Below are positions 29,828-38,626 of a stretch of 64,000 nt of DNA, piece by piece. This DNA comes from an uncultured Acidobacteriota bacterium (GTDB lineage: Bacteria; Acidobacteriota; Blastocatellia; RBC074), in contig CAVUOF010000009.1 of assembly GCA_963743045.1 (NCBI GenBank), positions 63,829-127,828 on the forward strand. The letters run 5' to 3'. Numbering within the stretch: position 1 is the stretch's first letter; every line of letters begins with the position of its first letter. The position numbers and the translations under genes were made by a program. A model generated the notes under the pieces. The model searched no databases, was not told where the DNA came from, and worked only from the letters and a program-made list of their open reading frames with translations.

Positions 29828-31921
29828 TTACCTGGCAGGAAGTGCAAAAGCTATGTAGATTCCGCCGCTGGGCTCGCCGGGGCGCCCCTTTCCGCCCGTT
29901 GCGTGCACCACCACAAACTGGCGCCCGTTCACCTCGTATGTCGCCGGCGTGGCATTCGCCGCGAGCGGCAAGGTCGTCTCCCACAATAACTTACCATTGA
30001 GCTTGTCGAACGCCCGGAACTTGCGGTCGAAATTGGTCGCCCCAATGAAGACCAGGCCCCCTGCAGTCACCACCGGGCCGCCGTAGTTCTCCGTGCCCGT
30101 GTCCTTCATGCCCTTCTCTGCAAGCTCGGGATATTCCCCCAAAGGAATCTTCCAGGCGTAGTCGCCGCTGTTCAAATTGATTGCGTTGAGCGTGCCCCAG
30201 GGTGGCGCAACCGCCGGATAGCCCGCTGGATCAAGAAACTTGTGGTATCCGGTGAAGCGATACCGTGGACTCCCTGTGACGGGCTCGCTTCCCGCAAGCT
30301 CCTTACTCTCTCCGTTGAGTACATATTGGGCAACAGCGTTGACATCCGCTGGACGCAGATTGGGAAACGACGGCATTCGCCCTGAACCCTCTCTGATCAT
30401 CGCCGCTATATCTTCGAGCCGGTGCTTCGATCCAGGCAGCGAGGGAATCTGCGGAGGAGCTCCCTGACGGTTGTCGCCATGGCAGCTCGCGCAATTCCTC
30501 AAGTAGAGCTGACGTCCAGTGTTGCCGACCTTGCTCTCGGCCAGGCTCGCGCTCCATGCGATGTCGTTCGCATTGACGTACAGAAGCGCTGTTTCGGGGT
30601 CGAATGCCGAGCCGCCCCACTCCGCACCCCCATCGAAGCCCGGGAAGATGACCGTCTCCTGACCTACGGTGAACGGTAGAAACTGGCCACCGCTGCGGAG
30701 ACTTCGGAAAGCCTCGAGAGCCCACTTATGAGCCTCCGGCGTCCTGTTTGTGAGCATGTCCTCAGTCAGTGACTGCCTGGAGAAAGGTGCTGGTTTAGAG
30801 GGCAGAGACTGGCTCTCTGCGGTAATCTCACCCGGCACTGTGCTCGCCGGGTACTTGCGGGATTCTATCGGAAAGAGTGGCCTGCCGTTGGTCCGATCAA
30901 AGAGATAGACCCATCCCTGCTTTGAGGTCAGGGCGACGGCATCCACGGTTCTGCCACTTCGCTCAACCGTGACCAGGCTGGGCTGCGAAGGGAAGTCGCG
31001 ATCCCAGATATCATGCTTTACTCCCTGAAAGTGCCAGATGCGCTCTCCGGTGGCCGCATTCAATGCAAGCAGCGTGTTCGCAAAAAGCGAATCGCCTATG
31101 CGATCGGCGCCATAGAAGTCGCTCGCTGCCGACCCAGTCGGCACGTAGACTATGCCTCGCTGTTCGTCGAGGGCCATGCCAGTCCAGTTATTGGCTGAGC
31201 CGGAATATTTCCATGCATCCTTCGGCCAGCTGTCGTAGCCGAATTCACCGGGATGCGGAATCGTGTGGAATGACCATCTAAGCTTGCCGCTGCGGACGTC
31301 ATAGGCCCTTACATCGCCGGGCGGAGCGGGCAGCTCTTCCGGAGTGCGTCCGCCGACGATGAGGAGGTCCTTGTAGATGATGCCCGGGCTGGTGAGGGCG
31401 ATCGAGAGACCGCGCGGGTCACGGCCGAGTCCCTCGCGAAGGTCGATGCGCCCTTCTGCGCCAAATGTCGGAATCGGCTTGCCGGTTGTCGCCTCGAGCG
31501 CGTAGACATAGCTCTGGACGCCGGCGAATATTCGTCGATCACTTCCGTCAGCCCAGTAGGTAACACCGCGATTCGGCCCCCTGGCTGCGATACCGGAATC
31601 GAAGCGCCATATGAGCAGGCCTGTGGCCGCGTCGAGCGCAATGATCTTGTGTTTTGGTGTGACTCCGTATAGAAGGCCGTTGACGACGATCGGTTGGGTC
31701 TGTGATGCACCCGAGCCGTCGGCGGTGTCATAGGTCCAGGCAATTGTCAGGCGGTTGACGTTGTCGCGATTGATCTGGCGGAGCCGGGAGTAGCGAATGC
31801 CATCGGGACCGCCGCCATATTCAGCCCAGTCTCCCCATCTGGTGTGAAGTGTTTTTTGGGGTAATGCCGGGGCACAGGTGAGCAGTAAAAGGATCGCAAT
31901 TTTGACGTAGTTGGTCTTCAC
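29828..31921 (-). CDS. PQQ-dependent (quinoprotein) dehydrogenase beta-propeller with an inserted c-type cytochrome domain
   Basis: GTG at 31921 (VKTNYVKIAILLLLTCAPALPQ). YGGGPDGIRYSRLRQINRDNVNRLTIAWTY...QTQPIVVNGLLYGVT...ALDAATG. Haem motif CASCH is encoded at 30479..30493 (minus strand), and propeller blades resume after it. Intact. Confidence 0.75.
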   Translation of the reverse strand: MKTNYVKIAILLLLTCAPALPQKTLHTRWGDWAEYGGGPDGIRYSRLRQINRDNVNRLTIAWTYDTADGSGASQTQPIVVNGLLYGVTPKHKIIALDAATGLLIWRFDSGIAARGPNRGVTYWADGSDRRIFAGVQSYVYALEATTGKPIPTFGAEGRIDLREGLGRDPRGLSIALTSPGIIYKDLLIVGGRTPEELPAPPGDVRAYDVRSGKLRWSFHTIPHPGEFGYDSWPKDAWKYSGSANNWTGMALDEQRGIVYVPTGSAASDFYGADRIGDSLFANTLLALNAATGERIWHFQGVKHDIWDRDFPSQPSLVTVERSGRTVDAVALTSKQGWVYLFDRTNGRPLFPIESRKYPASTVPGEITAESQSLPSKPAPFSRQSLTEDMLTNRTPEAHKWALEAFRSLRSGGQFLPFTVGQETVIFPGFDGGAEWGGSAFDPETALLYVNANDIAWSASLAESKVGNTGRQLYLRNCASCHGDNRQGAPPQIPSLPGSKHRLEDIAAMIREGSGRMPSFPNLRPADVNAVAQYVLNGESKELAGSEPVTGSPRYRFTGYHKFLDPAGYPAVAPPWGTLNAINLNSGDYAWKIPLGEYPELAEKGMKDTGTENYGGPVVTAGGLVFIGATNFDRKFRAFDKLNGKLLWETTLPLAANATPATYEVNGRQFVVVHATGGKGRPGEPSGGIYIAFALPAR

Positions 31922-32233
31922 GATTCGGCAGTCTACTGTAGATCGCTCGCGAGGCGAAAGAGTCCCCGGGGCTTCGGCGAACGTGGCCAACACAGGGCTT
32001 CGCCATTGCTCACGGCCGTGCCTTGGACCGACAAAGAACGCGGTCCCACATGACCGCATCTCGGCCAAGGCACGACAACCGCCGAAGGAAGACACAACGC
32101 GGGCCGAAGGCACGGAAAGACCGGGCGAAGCCCTGGGTCACAACCGCCGTAGCGTCAAGCCCCCAGGGGCGGCGTTCTGAGCAGCCTAACCCTTGCTGTG
32201 GCGGCGGGTGCGGTTCAGAATTGCACAAATACC

Positions 32234-32761
32234 ATGGCCGACACGCTACCAACTCGCCGAGACTTCATGACTCTCGCGGCTTACGCGCTTACTCTCCCGT
32301 CGGCCGCCGACTTCTTCAAATCCTCACAGGACTATCAACCAAAATTCTTCGACACGGAAGACTTTGCCGCGCTCCAGGCATTCACCGAGATCCTCATCCC
32401 GACGGACGAAACTCCCGGAGCCCGCGAAGCTCGCTGTGCGCAATTCATCGATTTCGTACTTGCGTCGGCGGAGGATGGGCCTCGGGACCAATGGCGTCAT
32501 GCAATGCGCGCCCTGCGCGAAGCGGGATTCCATTCAGCCGGCGCCGCTCAGCGCGAAGCTCTCGTCGAAGTCATCTCCAGGGCGGAACGGCAGCGAATTA
32601 CGCCCCATCCCGCTTACTTCGCTTACCGGCTGATCAAGCAGCAGAATACATTTGCTTTCTACACATCCCGTACGGGAATGATAGATGTACTCGATTACCG
32701 CGGGAACTCATATAACCCGAGCTTCCCGGCGTGCGATCATCCTGAGCATCACAAACTCTGA
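32234..32761 (+). CDS. gluconate 2-dehydrogenase subunit 3-like small subunit (Tat signal)
   Basis: MADTLPTRRDFMTLAAYALTLPSA, FAALQAFTEILIPTDETPGAREA. It lies directly upstream of the GMC oxidoreductase. Confidence 0.7.
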   Translation: MADTLPTRRDFMTLAAYALTLPSAADFFKSSQDYQPKFFDTEDFAALQAFTEILIPTDETPGAREARCAQFIDFVLASAEDGPRDQWRHAMRALREAGFHSAGAAQREALVEVISRAERQRITPHPAYFAYRLIKQQNTFAFYTSRTGMIDVLDYRGNSYNPSFPACDHPEHHKL

Positions 32762-32769
32762 GTATCTCC

Positions 32770-34497
32770 ATGGCTGCGAGCTACGATGCAATAATCGTCG
32801 GATCAGGTGCCTGCGGAAGCTGGGCGGCGATGGAGCTCACACAAGCCGGGATGAGCGTTCTCATGCTCGAAGCGGGCTCCCGCGTCGATCCGGCGGAGGA
32901 CTTCCAGCACAAATTCCTCTTCCAGTTGGATTACCGCGGCGCGGGCAAGCCTGGTCTCCTGCGGCGTTACGCCGGCAGCGAGCGAAACTACCGGATCATG
33001 ATCGACAACGCGGAGAACCCGTACACGACTACTCCAGAGACGGTCTACCGCTGGAGTCGCTCGCGTTGCCTTGGCGGGCGCACGCTGCACTGGGCTCGCG
33101 CGACCGATCGCATGGCCGATTACGAGTTCAAGGCTGCCTCGCGCGATGGCTACGGTATGGACTGGCCGGTTTCATACTCCGATCTGAAACCTTACTACGA
33201 TCGAATCGAGCGCTTCATCGGAGTCAGTGCCGCCATGGAGGGATTTCCGCAGTTCCCCGACGGCGTCTTTCTCCCGCCCATGCCGCTCAATTGCGCTGAG
33301 ACGATCTTTTCGACCGCATGCAAGAGTCTGAACTGGCCTTCCACCCACAGGCGCCTGGCGCAATTGACTCGCTCACACAATGGACGGCCGGCTTGCCATT
33401 ACTGCGGCAATTGCGTCAACGGTTGTGACGTCGGCGCCATGTTCAATCCCATCGCAGTCACGCTGCCGCCCGCACTCAAGACGGGCAGGCTCGAGATTCG
33501 TACGGACACGGTCGTCGCATCGGTGAGAATGAACCGCGAGAACAAAGCTGCAGGCGTGACATACATCGAGCGCTATAGCACGAAGTCCGTCGACGTCGAT
33601 GCGAAGTATGTTGTTCTCGCCGCGTCGACGCTCGAGAACACGAGACTGCTGCTCCTTTCGGCTAAGGGAGGCCTCGCAAATTCAAGCGGAACGCTTGGTC
33701 AGTACATGATGGACCAGGTCTCAGGCGGCGGCGTCAGCGGTATCCTGCCGGTATTGAAGGGCGGGCCGAGCAGGCTCGACGACGGCAAGATGGCTGGGAT
33801 CACCATTCCGAATTTTCAGAACATCGATCGCAGGACAGCGCGCAAGGACTTCATCCGCGGATACGTCATGAATGCGACGGGAGGGCAGACTGAGTACCCG
33901 CAGTTTGCAGCCAGCCTTCCGGGCTACGGCTCCGCATGGAAACGCGATGTAAAGAGCCGCTACGTGGCTCAGGCAAGAGTCTGGATAGCGGGTGGTGAAA
34001 TGCTCTCGAGAAAAGAGAACTTCGTCGAGCTGGATCCGGAGGTGAAAGACCACTGGGGAATTCCTGTCCTGAAGATACATTTCACGCACAGCGACAATGA
34101 CTACAAGCTGATCGAGGATTTCCAGCAGAGGGCTGAAGAACTATTTCGCAAGGCGGGAGGCGAAATGATGCCAGGGCCGGTCAATCCCGCCGGCTTCCCG
34201 GGCGGTCAGGGCTCGCCGGACGCCGGGTCCGGCTCGGCGGAAAACAGGCGTTCCCCGGGCCGGCGTCGTCCCCTGGGCAGCTCGATTCACGAGGTGGGCA
34301 CGGCTCGAATGAGCGTCAGTCCGAGGGATGGTGTGCTCAATTCCTTCTGCCAGACACACGACGTCTCCAATCTCTATGTCTTTGGAGGCAACGCATTCCC
34401 ATCGACCGGTGACAAGCATCCGACATTGACGATGATGGCGTTGGCCGCACGCGGCTGTGATCATCTTCTGGAAGCGTCAAAGGGTAGGACTCGATAG
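32770..34497 (+). CDS. GMC family FAD-dependent oxidoreductase
   Basis: YDAIIVGSGACGSWAAMELTQAGMSVLMLEAG (Rossmann GxGxxG). C-terminal HEVGTARM...NLYVFGGNAFPS. Intact 575 aa. Confidence 0.85.
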   Translation: MAASYDAIIVGSGACGSWAAMELTQAGMSVLMLEAGSRVDPAEDFQHKFLFQLDYRGAGKPGLLRRYAGSERNYRIMIDNAENPYTTTPETVYRWSRSRCLGGRTLHWARATDRMADYEFKAASRDGYGMDWPVSYSDLKPYYDRIERFIGVSAAMEGFPQFPDGVFLPPMPLNCAETIFSTACKSLNWPSTHRRLAQLTRSHNGRPACHYCGNCVNGCDVGAMFNPIAVTLPPALKTGRLEIRTDTVVASVRMNRENKAAGVTYIERYSTKSVDVDAKYVVLAASTLENTRLLLLSAKGGLANSSGTLGQYMMDQVSGGGVSGILPVLKGGPSRLDDGKMAGITIPNFQNIDRRTARKDFIRGYVMNATGGQTEYPQFAASLPGYGSAWKRDVKSRYVAQARVWIAGGEMLSRKENFVELDPEVKDHWGIPVLKIHFTHSDNDYKLIEDFQQRAEELFRKAGGEMMPGPVNPAGFPGGQGSPDAGSGSAENRRSPGRRRPLGSSIHEVGTARMSVSPRDGVLNSFCQTHDVSNLYVFGGNAFPSTGDKHPTLTMMALAARGCDHLLEASKGRTR

Positions 34498-34500
34498 TTA

Positions 34501-34630
34501 CCGGCGCCAGACGGCGCCGGGCGGGCAGGGACAAGCCCTGCCCCTACAGCGTTGTCACGAAGTGCCGCATTGTCGAGAAGATTGTAGGGGCAGGGCTTGT
34601 CCCTGCCCGCCCCGCGCCGTCTGGCGCGGG
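34501..34630. repeat. R3 element: 48-bp inverted arms around a 34-nt core
   Basis: CCGGCGCCAGACGGCGCCGGGCGGGCAGGGACAAGCCCTGCCCCTACA (34501..34548) versus TGTAGGGGCAGGGCTTGTCCCTGCCCGCCCCGCGCCGTCTGGCGCGGG (34583..34630). It lies between convergent genes. Confidence 0.9.
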
Positions 34631-34638
34631 TAATCTGC

Positions 34639-35037
34639 TCAAGAAGTCAGCGTATAGTCGAAGCTGTAATAGTGCTTTCCCTCGACTATCTCGATATCAA
34701 GCGTGCCTGCGATCCCGGCAAGCTCTCCAGTCCCGGAGTCCGGAACAACGGTGATCGCCAGCCTTGGCGTGCCGCGTGTCATGATGCCCTGATGATATAG
34801 AATGAAGGTTCCGCTCTGACCGTGCAGAGTAGCTGTCACCTTTTCGATTGCGACATAGGCTCCTGACCCGTTGACGGCGGTACCGGCAGTAAGCATCTCG
34901 CCCCTGCTGGTTCCCTCGATGTCGCCCTGAAACTGCTTCTCGATCGACATCCTGCCGAGGCTTTCATCGTGGGTTGCCGGATCAGACGCCTGAGGCGTGA
35001 GCTTCACTTCAAATGTTCCTTTTGCGGTTGTCGCCAT
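34639..35037 (-). CDS. DUF3224-like protein
   Basis: Intact 132 aa: MATTAKGTFEVKLTPQ...MSIEKQFQGDIEGTSRGEMLTA...YVAIEKVTATLHGQSGTFIL...GTGELAGIAGTLDI. The assignment is from memory of the family pattern. Confidence 0.6.
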   Translation of the reverse strand: MATTAKGTFEVKLTPQASDPATHDESLGRMSIEKQFQGDIEGTSRGEMLTAGTAVNGSGAYVAIEKVTATLHGQSGTFILYHQGIMTRGTPRLAITVVPDSGTGELAGIAGTLDIEIVEGKHYYSFDYTLTS

Positions 35038-35140
35038 AATTTGCGTCTTTTCACCTTTCAGTTATTGGTGTATTAGGTAGAGAACGGACTCTACATTCCT
35101 CTGAGCACGCTCGCAACAAGGATTGCGAAGGAGAACCCGA

Positions 35141-36191
35141 ATGCGATTCAAATACCTCGCCCTCATCATTCCAGTCCTTCTGCTTGTACTGGCCGCTGCT
35201 CGGAGAGACCGCGTCGACGACTACATCAAAGGAGAGATGCAGAAGCGTCACATTCCCGGGCTCGAGCTCGCCGTCATTAAGGCGGGTAAGACGTCGAAAG
35301 TCGCGGGATACGGACTGGCCAACGTCGAGCTCAATGTGCCGGTCAGGCCGGAGACGATCTTCAAGATCGGCTCGGTGAGCAAGCAGTTCATCGCCTCCGG
35401 AATCATGCTGCTTGTTGAGGAGGGGAAGATCGGGCTCGACGATAAGATCAGCAAGTATCTCGAGGGCACGCCCGAAACGTGGAAGGACATAAGCGTCCGG
35501 CATCTCCTGACTCATACCTCGGGAATCGTGCGCGAGGCGCCGGGATTCAACCCTTACAAGATCCAGAGCGAGGCCGATGTCATCAAGACTGCATATCCGC
35601 TGCCGCTCCGATTCACGCCCGGCGAGAAATGGGAATACTGCAATGTCGGCTATTTCAGCCTGGCCGAGATCATTCGCGTAGTCTCAGGCAAGCCCTGGAG
35701 CGAATACCTCGCAGAACGCATATTCAGGCCGGCGGGAATGGCCTCAACGCGAACAACAACAGCTGCTGAGATCATTGAAGGCCGCGCCGGAAGTTACGAT
35801 TGGAAGGACGGCAAACTGTGGAATGCCGACGAGCTTATCGCTATCCGGCCAAGCGGCGCTTTCCTCTCCAATGTCCTGGATCTTGCGCGGTGGGATGCCG
35901 CCCTCTACACCGATCGGATATTGAAGAAAGCGCTTCGCGAGCAGATGTGGACGGCTGTGACACTCAATAGCGGGAAGCCGCATCCCTATGGCTTTGGCTG
36001 GGAGCTGACCACCGTAAAGGGCCACCGCCTTGTGCACCACGGCGGCTCGCTCTCGGGCTTTCGATCTGAGTTTGCCCGCTACGTTGACGACGAGTTGTCA
36101 ATCGTCGTGCTCGCAAATAGCTCTGCAGTCGCAGCCGGGAGAGATCGCCAAAGGCGTCGCAGCCTTCTACATTGAGGGTATAGCTCCATAA
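35141..36191 (+). pseudogene. serine hydrolase (class C beta-lactamase / PBP-like); frame change near the 3' end
   Basis: GAAGGAGA RBS and ATG at 35141. Active-site SxxK (FKIGSVSKQF), YCNVGY. The C-terminus is best continued in another frame from about 36132 (...PGEIAKGVAAFYIEGIAP*, stop 36189..36191). Confidence 0.75.
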
Positions 36192-36275
36192 CGCCGTTTT
36201 GAACGGGAGTCTCGCAATTGCTCTTCGGATGGGGCTTAGTGGGATTTTTAGACGTCTCCAAATCACGGAGGAATA

Positions 36276-36696
36276 ATGAAAATCAACATTGCACGAGTTC
36301 TTCTCGGTGGTCTTCTGGCAGGCGTAGTCTTGAATATCGGCGAGTACATCGTCAATGAAGTCGTTCTGGCGAGTGAGATGAAAGCGGATTTTGCGAGGTT
36401 CGGTCTGCCTCAACCCGGTCCAGACTTCATTGCCAGGGCGGTCATCTCAACCTTTCTGCTGGGCATTGTAATCGTCTACCTGTACGCCGTCATCAGATCG
36501 CATTATGGCCCGGGGGTGAAGACCGCGATCTGCGCCGGCCTCTTTGCCTGGTTCTTCGTCTATCTATACACAGGCGTGATCTACAGCGGCCTCGGACATG
36601 ATGTCGATGAGGGCTTTCTGGATCGGACTCGTCTGGGGCGCCGTCGAGTACTCGGTCGCAGCCATTGCGGGAGCCTGGCCCTACAAAGAGGCGTAA
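36276..36696 (+). pseudogene. small 4-TM membrane protein, hypothetical; one frame change
   Basis: MKINIARVLLGGLLAGVVLNIGEYIV... with hydrophobic helices. The last helix (MMSMRAFWIGLVWGAVEYSVAAIAGAWPYKEA*) is in another frame from about 36598. Confidence 0.45.
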
Positions 36697-36711
36697 CTTC
36701 GATTAGAGGCG

Positions 36712-37068
36712 CTAGCTCTCCTCAGTGCGCGGCGCAAGAATCCGTTCGATCGCAGCCACGCGGCGCCTCCAGTTAGTGGTTGCCCTGGCCAGCTGGCTCC
36801 GGCCTGCGCGAGTCAGCGAGTAGAATCGTGCCTTCCGATTGTTCGACGAGTTTCCCCACTCGGCGACGACCCAGCCCCGCTCTTCAAGGCGCTGCAGTGC
36901 AGGATAGAGAGCGCCGTGCTCGACGAGTATCTCCTCGCCCGATGTCTGTTGAATGGCGCGGGCGATGCCCTGTCCGTGCTCGGGTCCGAAGATGAGTGTG
37001 CGCAGGATGAGCAGGTCAAGCGTGCCCTGCATGAGTTCGAGGCGTTCCTTCTCTTCTCGGGTAGACAT
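36712..37068 (-). CDS. PadR family transcriptional regulator
   Basis: GTLDLLILRTLIFGPEHGQGIARAIQQTSGEEILVEHGALYPALQRLEERGWVVAEWG...KARFYSLTRAGRSQL. Confidence 0.85.
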   Translation of the reverse strand: MSTREEKERLELMQGTLDLLILRTLIFGPEHGQGIARAIQQTSGEEILVEHGALYPALQRLEERGWVVAEWGNSSNNRKARFYSLTRAGRSQLARATTNWRRRVAAIERILAPRTEES

Positions 37069-37125
37069 ATGACATGAGTTTGCTGCCCTTCGGGTAAGAT
37101 GTCAACCCCAGGGGCGTGAGACCGT

Positions 37126-37264
37126 GGCCGCAGGCTGGGTGCGCACGCGTCCCGCGTGCTGACTTGCGTTTCCGTTCATTGCTGGTTATTCGAAGGAGAG
37201 CACGCGAGAGCGTGCGCTCCCAGGCTGGGCTTGGTGTCTCGCAGGCTGTCACAGCCTGCGGCAC
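37126..37264. repeat. R4 arm pair plus R2 solo hairpin
   Basis: GGCCGCAGGCTGGGTGCGCACGCGTCCCGCGTGCT ... AGCACGCGAGAGCGTGCGCTCCCAGGCTGGG, then GTCTCGCAGGCTGTCACAGCCTGCGGCAC. Confidence 0.8.
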
Positions 37265-37274
37265 GGCCCGAAAT

Positions 37275-37919
37275 CTAGCGGTTCTTTTCGGTGATTTCGA
37301 AGGCGCAGCGTGGCGGAGTCACTGTCCGGTCGCATCTCTCACGCACTCGCGCCCCGGTGATCTGAGCTACCAGTGCTTCGGCTATGCGGCATGCCTCCGG
37401 ATGCGCCTCAACGGCCGTGGCAATCGGACAGCTGCTGCTTTCGATAGTCAGCCTCTCCCCGTTCGAGTTCACTCTCGGCGCGCCACCCATCAGCTCGAGA
37501 ATACCGGCTGCCTTGCGACTTCTCTCAGTGAGATCGAGCCCATCCGTCGGACCGTTGACTGCAGCAGCGAGTCTGCGTCCCGCCTCTTTGAGCACGGCCT
37601 TGAGCTCGGCACCGGGCAGTTCTTCCTTAAGGACGGTGACCAGGGCATTGAATAGTGCATCGTACGACTTCGGGAAGAGTGCCTCAGCCTCCAGCGTGAG
37701 CTCATAGGTGAAGTGAGGCTTTCGCACACCGCGGCGAACGCCCGACTGTGCGACGAGCCCGTCGCGTTCAAGCGTCGCCAGATGCGCGCGGACTGCGTTG
37801 TCGGTGAGGTCGAGCGAGTTGGCCATCTCATCGACCGTGCGTGCCGCTCCGCGCAGCAGGCGGACGATGCGGCCGCGCGTGCTGCTGAAGAATCTCGAGC
37901 TGAGCCGGGTCTTATCCAT
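37275..37919 (-). CDS. ArsR-type winged-helix transcriptional regulator with C-terminal Cys-containing domain
   Basis: ATG at 37919. RGRIVRLLRGAARTVDEMANSLDLTDNAVRAHLATLERDGLV, with C-terminal cysteines (ESSSCPIATAVEAHPEACRI...RERCD...PPRCAF). Confidence 0.7.
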   Translation of the reverse strand: MDKTRLSSRFFSSTRGRIVRLLRGAARTVDEMANSLDLTDNAVRAHLATLERDGLVAQSGVRRGVRKPHFTYELTLEAEALFPKSYDALFNALVTVLKEELPGAELKAVLKEAGRRLAAAVNGPTDGLDLTERSRKAAGILELMGGAPRVNSNGERLTIESSSCPIATAVEAHPEACRIAEALVAQITGARVRERCDRTVTPPRCAFEITEKNR

Positions 37920-37949
37920 ACTGCGCAGAATAATTGATCGACAGCGGAA

Positions 37950-37998
37950 AGTCAATAAGTCAATATCTTTCTTGACATATTGTATATTTAGGTATAGC
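37950..37998 (+). promoter_or_regulatory. tandem AGTCAATA-AGTCAATA direct repeat abutting a TTGACA hexamer (candidate operator and promoter of the divergent pair)
   Basis: AGTCAATA at 37950..37957 and 37958..37965. TTGACA at 37972..37977 and TATAGC at 37993..37998 (15-nt spacer, suboptimal). GAGGAGG RBS before the ATG at 38021. Confidence 0.3.
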
Positions 37999-38020
37999 CT
38001 GAAATGAGGAGGTAATCGCA

Positions 38021-38434
38021 ATGTCACAAGTAATGAGTGATTCGTTCAATATCGCCGCGGATGCGGTTCGGCCGAGCCGACAGGCATATCAGATTCTGCA
38101 TTTCGCGTTTACGATCGCGCCCGTGGTCGCGGGGCTCGACAAGTTTTTCAATCTGCTGGTCAACTGGACTCAGTATCTCCCGCACTTCGCCAACAGTATG
38201 GTCGGCGGAAGAGGGCAGTTGCTGATGTACGTCGTCGGCGTCATCGAAGTAGTGGCCGGTCTCGGAGTCTGGTTCAAGCCTCGAATCTTTGCCTATGTTG
38301 TATCGGCGTGGCTGCTGCTGATAATTCTCAATCTGCTCATGATTCCGGGCTATTACGATGTCGCGCTGCGTGACCTCGGGCTGGCTCTCGGGGCTTTGGC
38401 GCTCGGGCGTCTGAGCCAGGAGTACGCGGGATAA
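38021..38434 (+). CDS. small 4-TM membrane protein (DoxX-like)
   Basis: Intact 137 aa with four hydrophobic helices (ILHFAFTIAPVVAGLDKFF, LLMYVVGVIEVVAGLGVWF, ...). Divergent from the ArsR-type regulator. Confidence 0.5.
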   Translation: MSQVMSDSFNIAADAVRPSRQAYQILHFAFTIAPVVAGLDKFFNLLVNWTQYLPHFANSMVGGRGQLLMYVVGVIEVVAGLGVWFKPRIFAYVVSAWLLLIILNLLMIPGYYDVALRDLGLALGALALGRLSQEYAG

Positions 38435-38446
38435 GCAATTCAAGAG

Positions 38447-38574
38447 GAAATTGCTGCAGCCGTGGCCCCGGGACCGCGTGCGTTGGCCGAGCGGCCAATG
38501 ATTTTCAAAGGGGCGATGTCGCGAGTCAGGCACGGCGGGACGCGTGCGGCCCAGGGCCAGGCTGCAGCAATTCC
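38447..38574. repeat. R4-related inverted arm pair
   Basis: GGAAATTGCTGCAGCCGTGGCCCCGGGACCGCGTGCG ... CGGCGGGACGCGTGCGGCCCAGGGCCAGGCTGCAGCAATTCC. Confidence 0.85.
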
Positions 38575-38626
38575 ATTTCAGACTCGCCTTGCCTGTGCAA
38601 CGTGTTCTGACCGATAGTTGCGGTCA

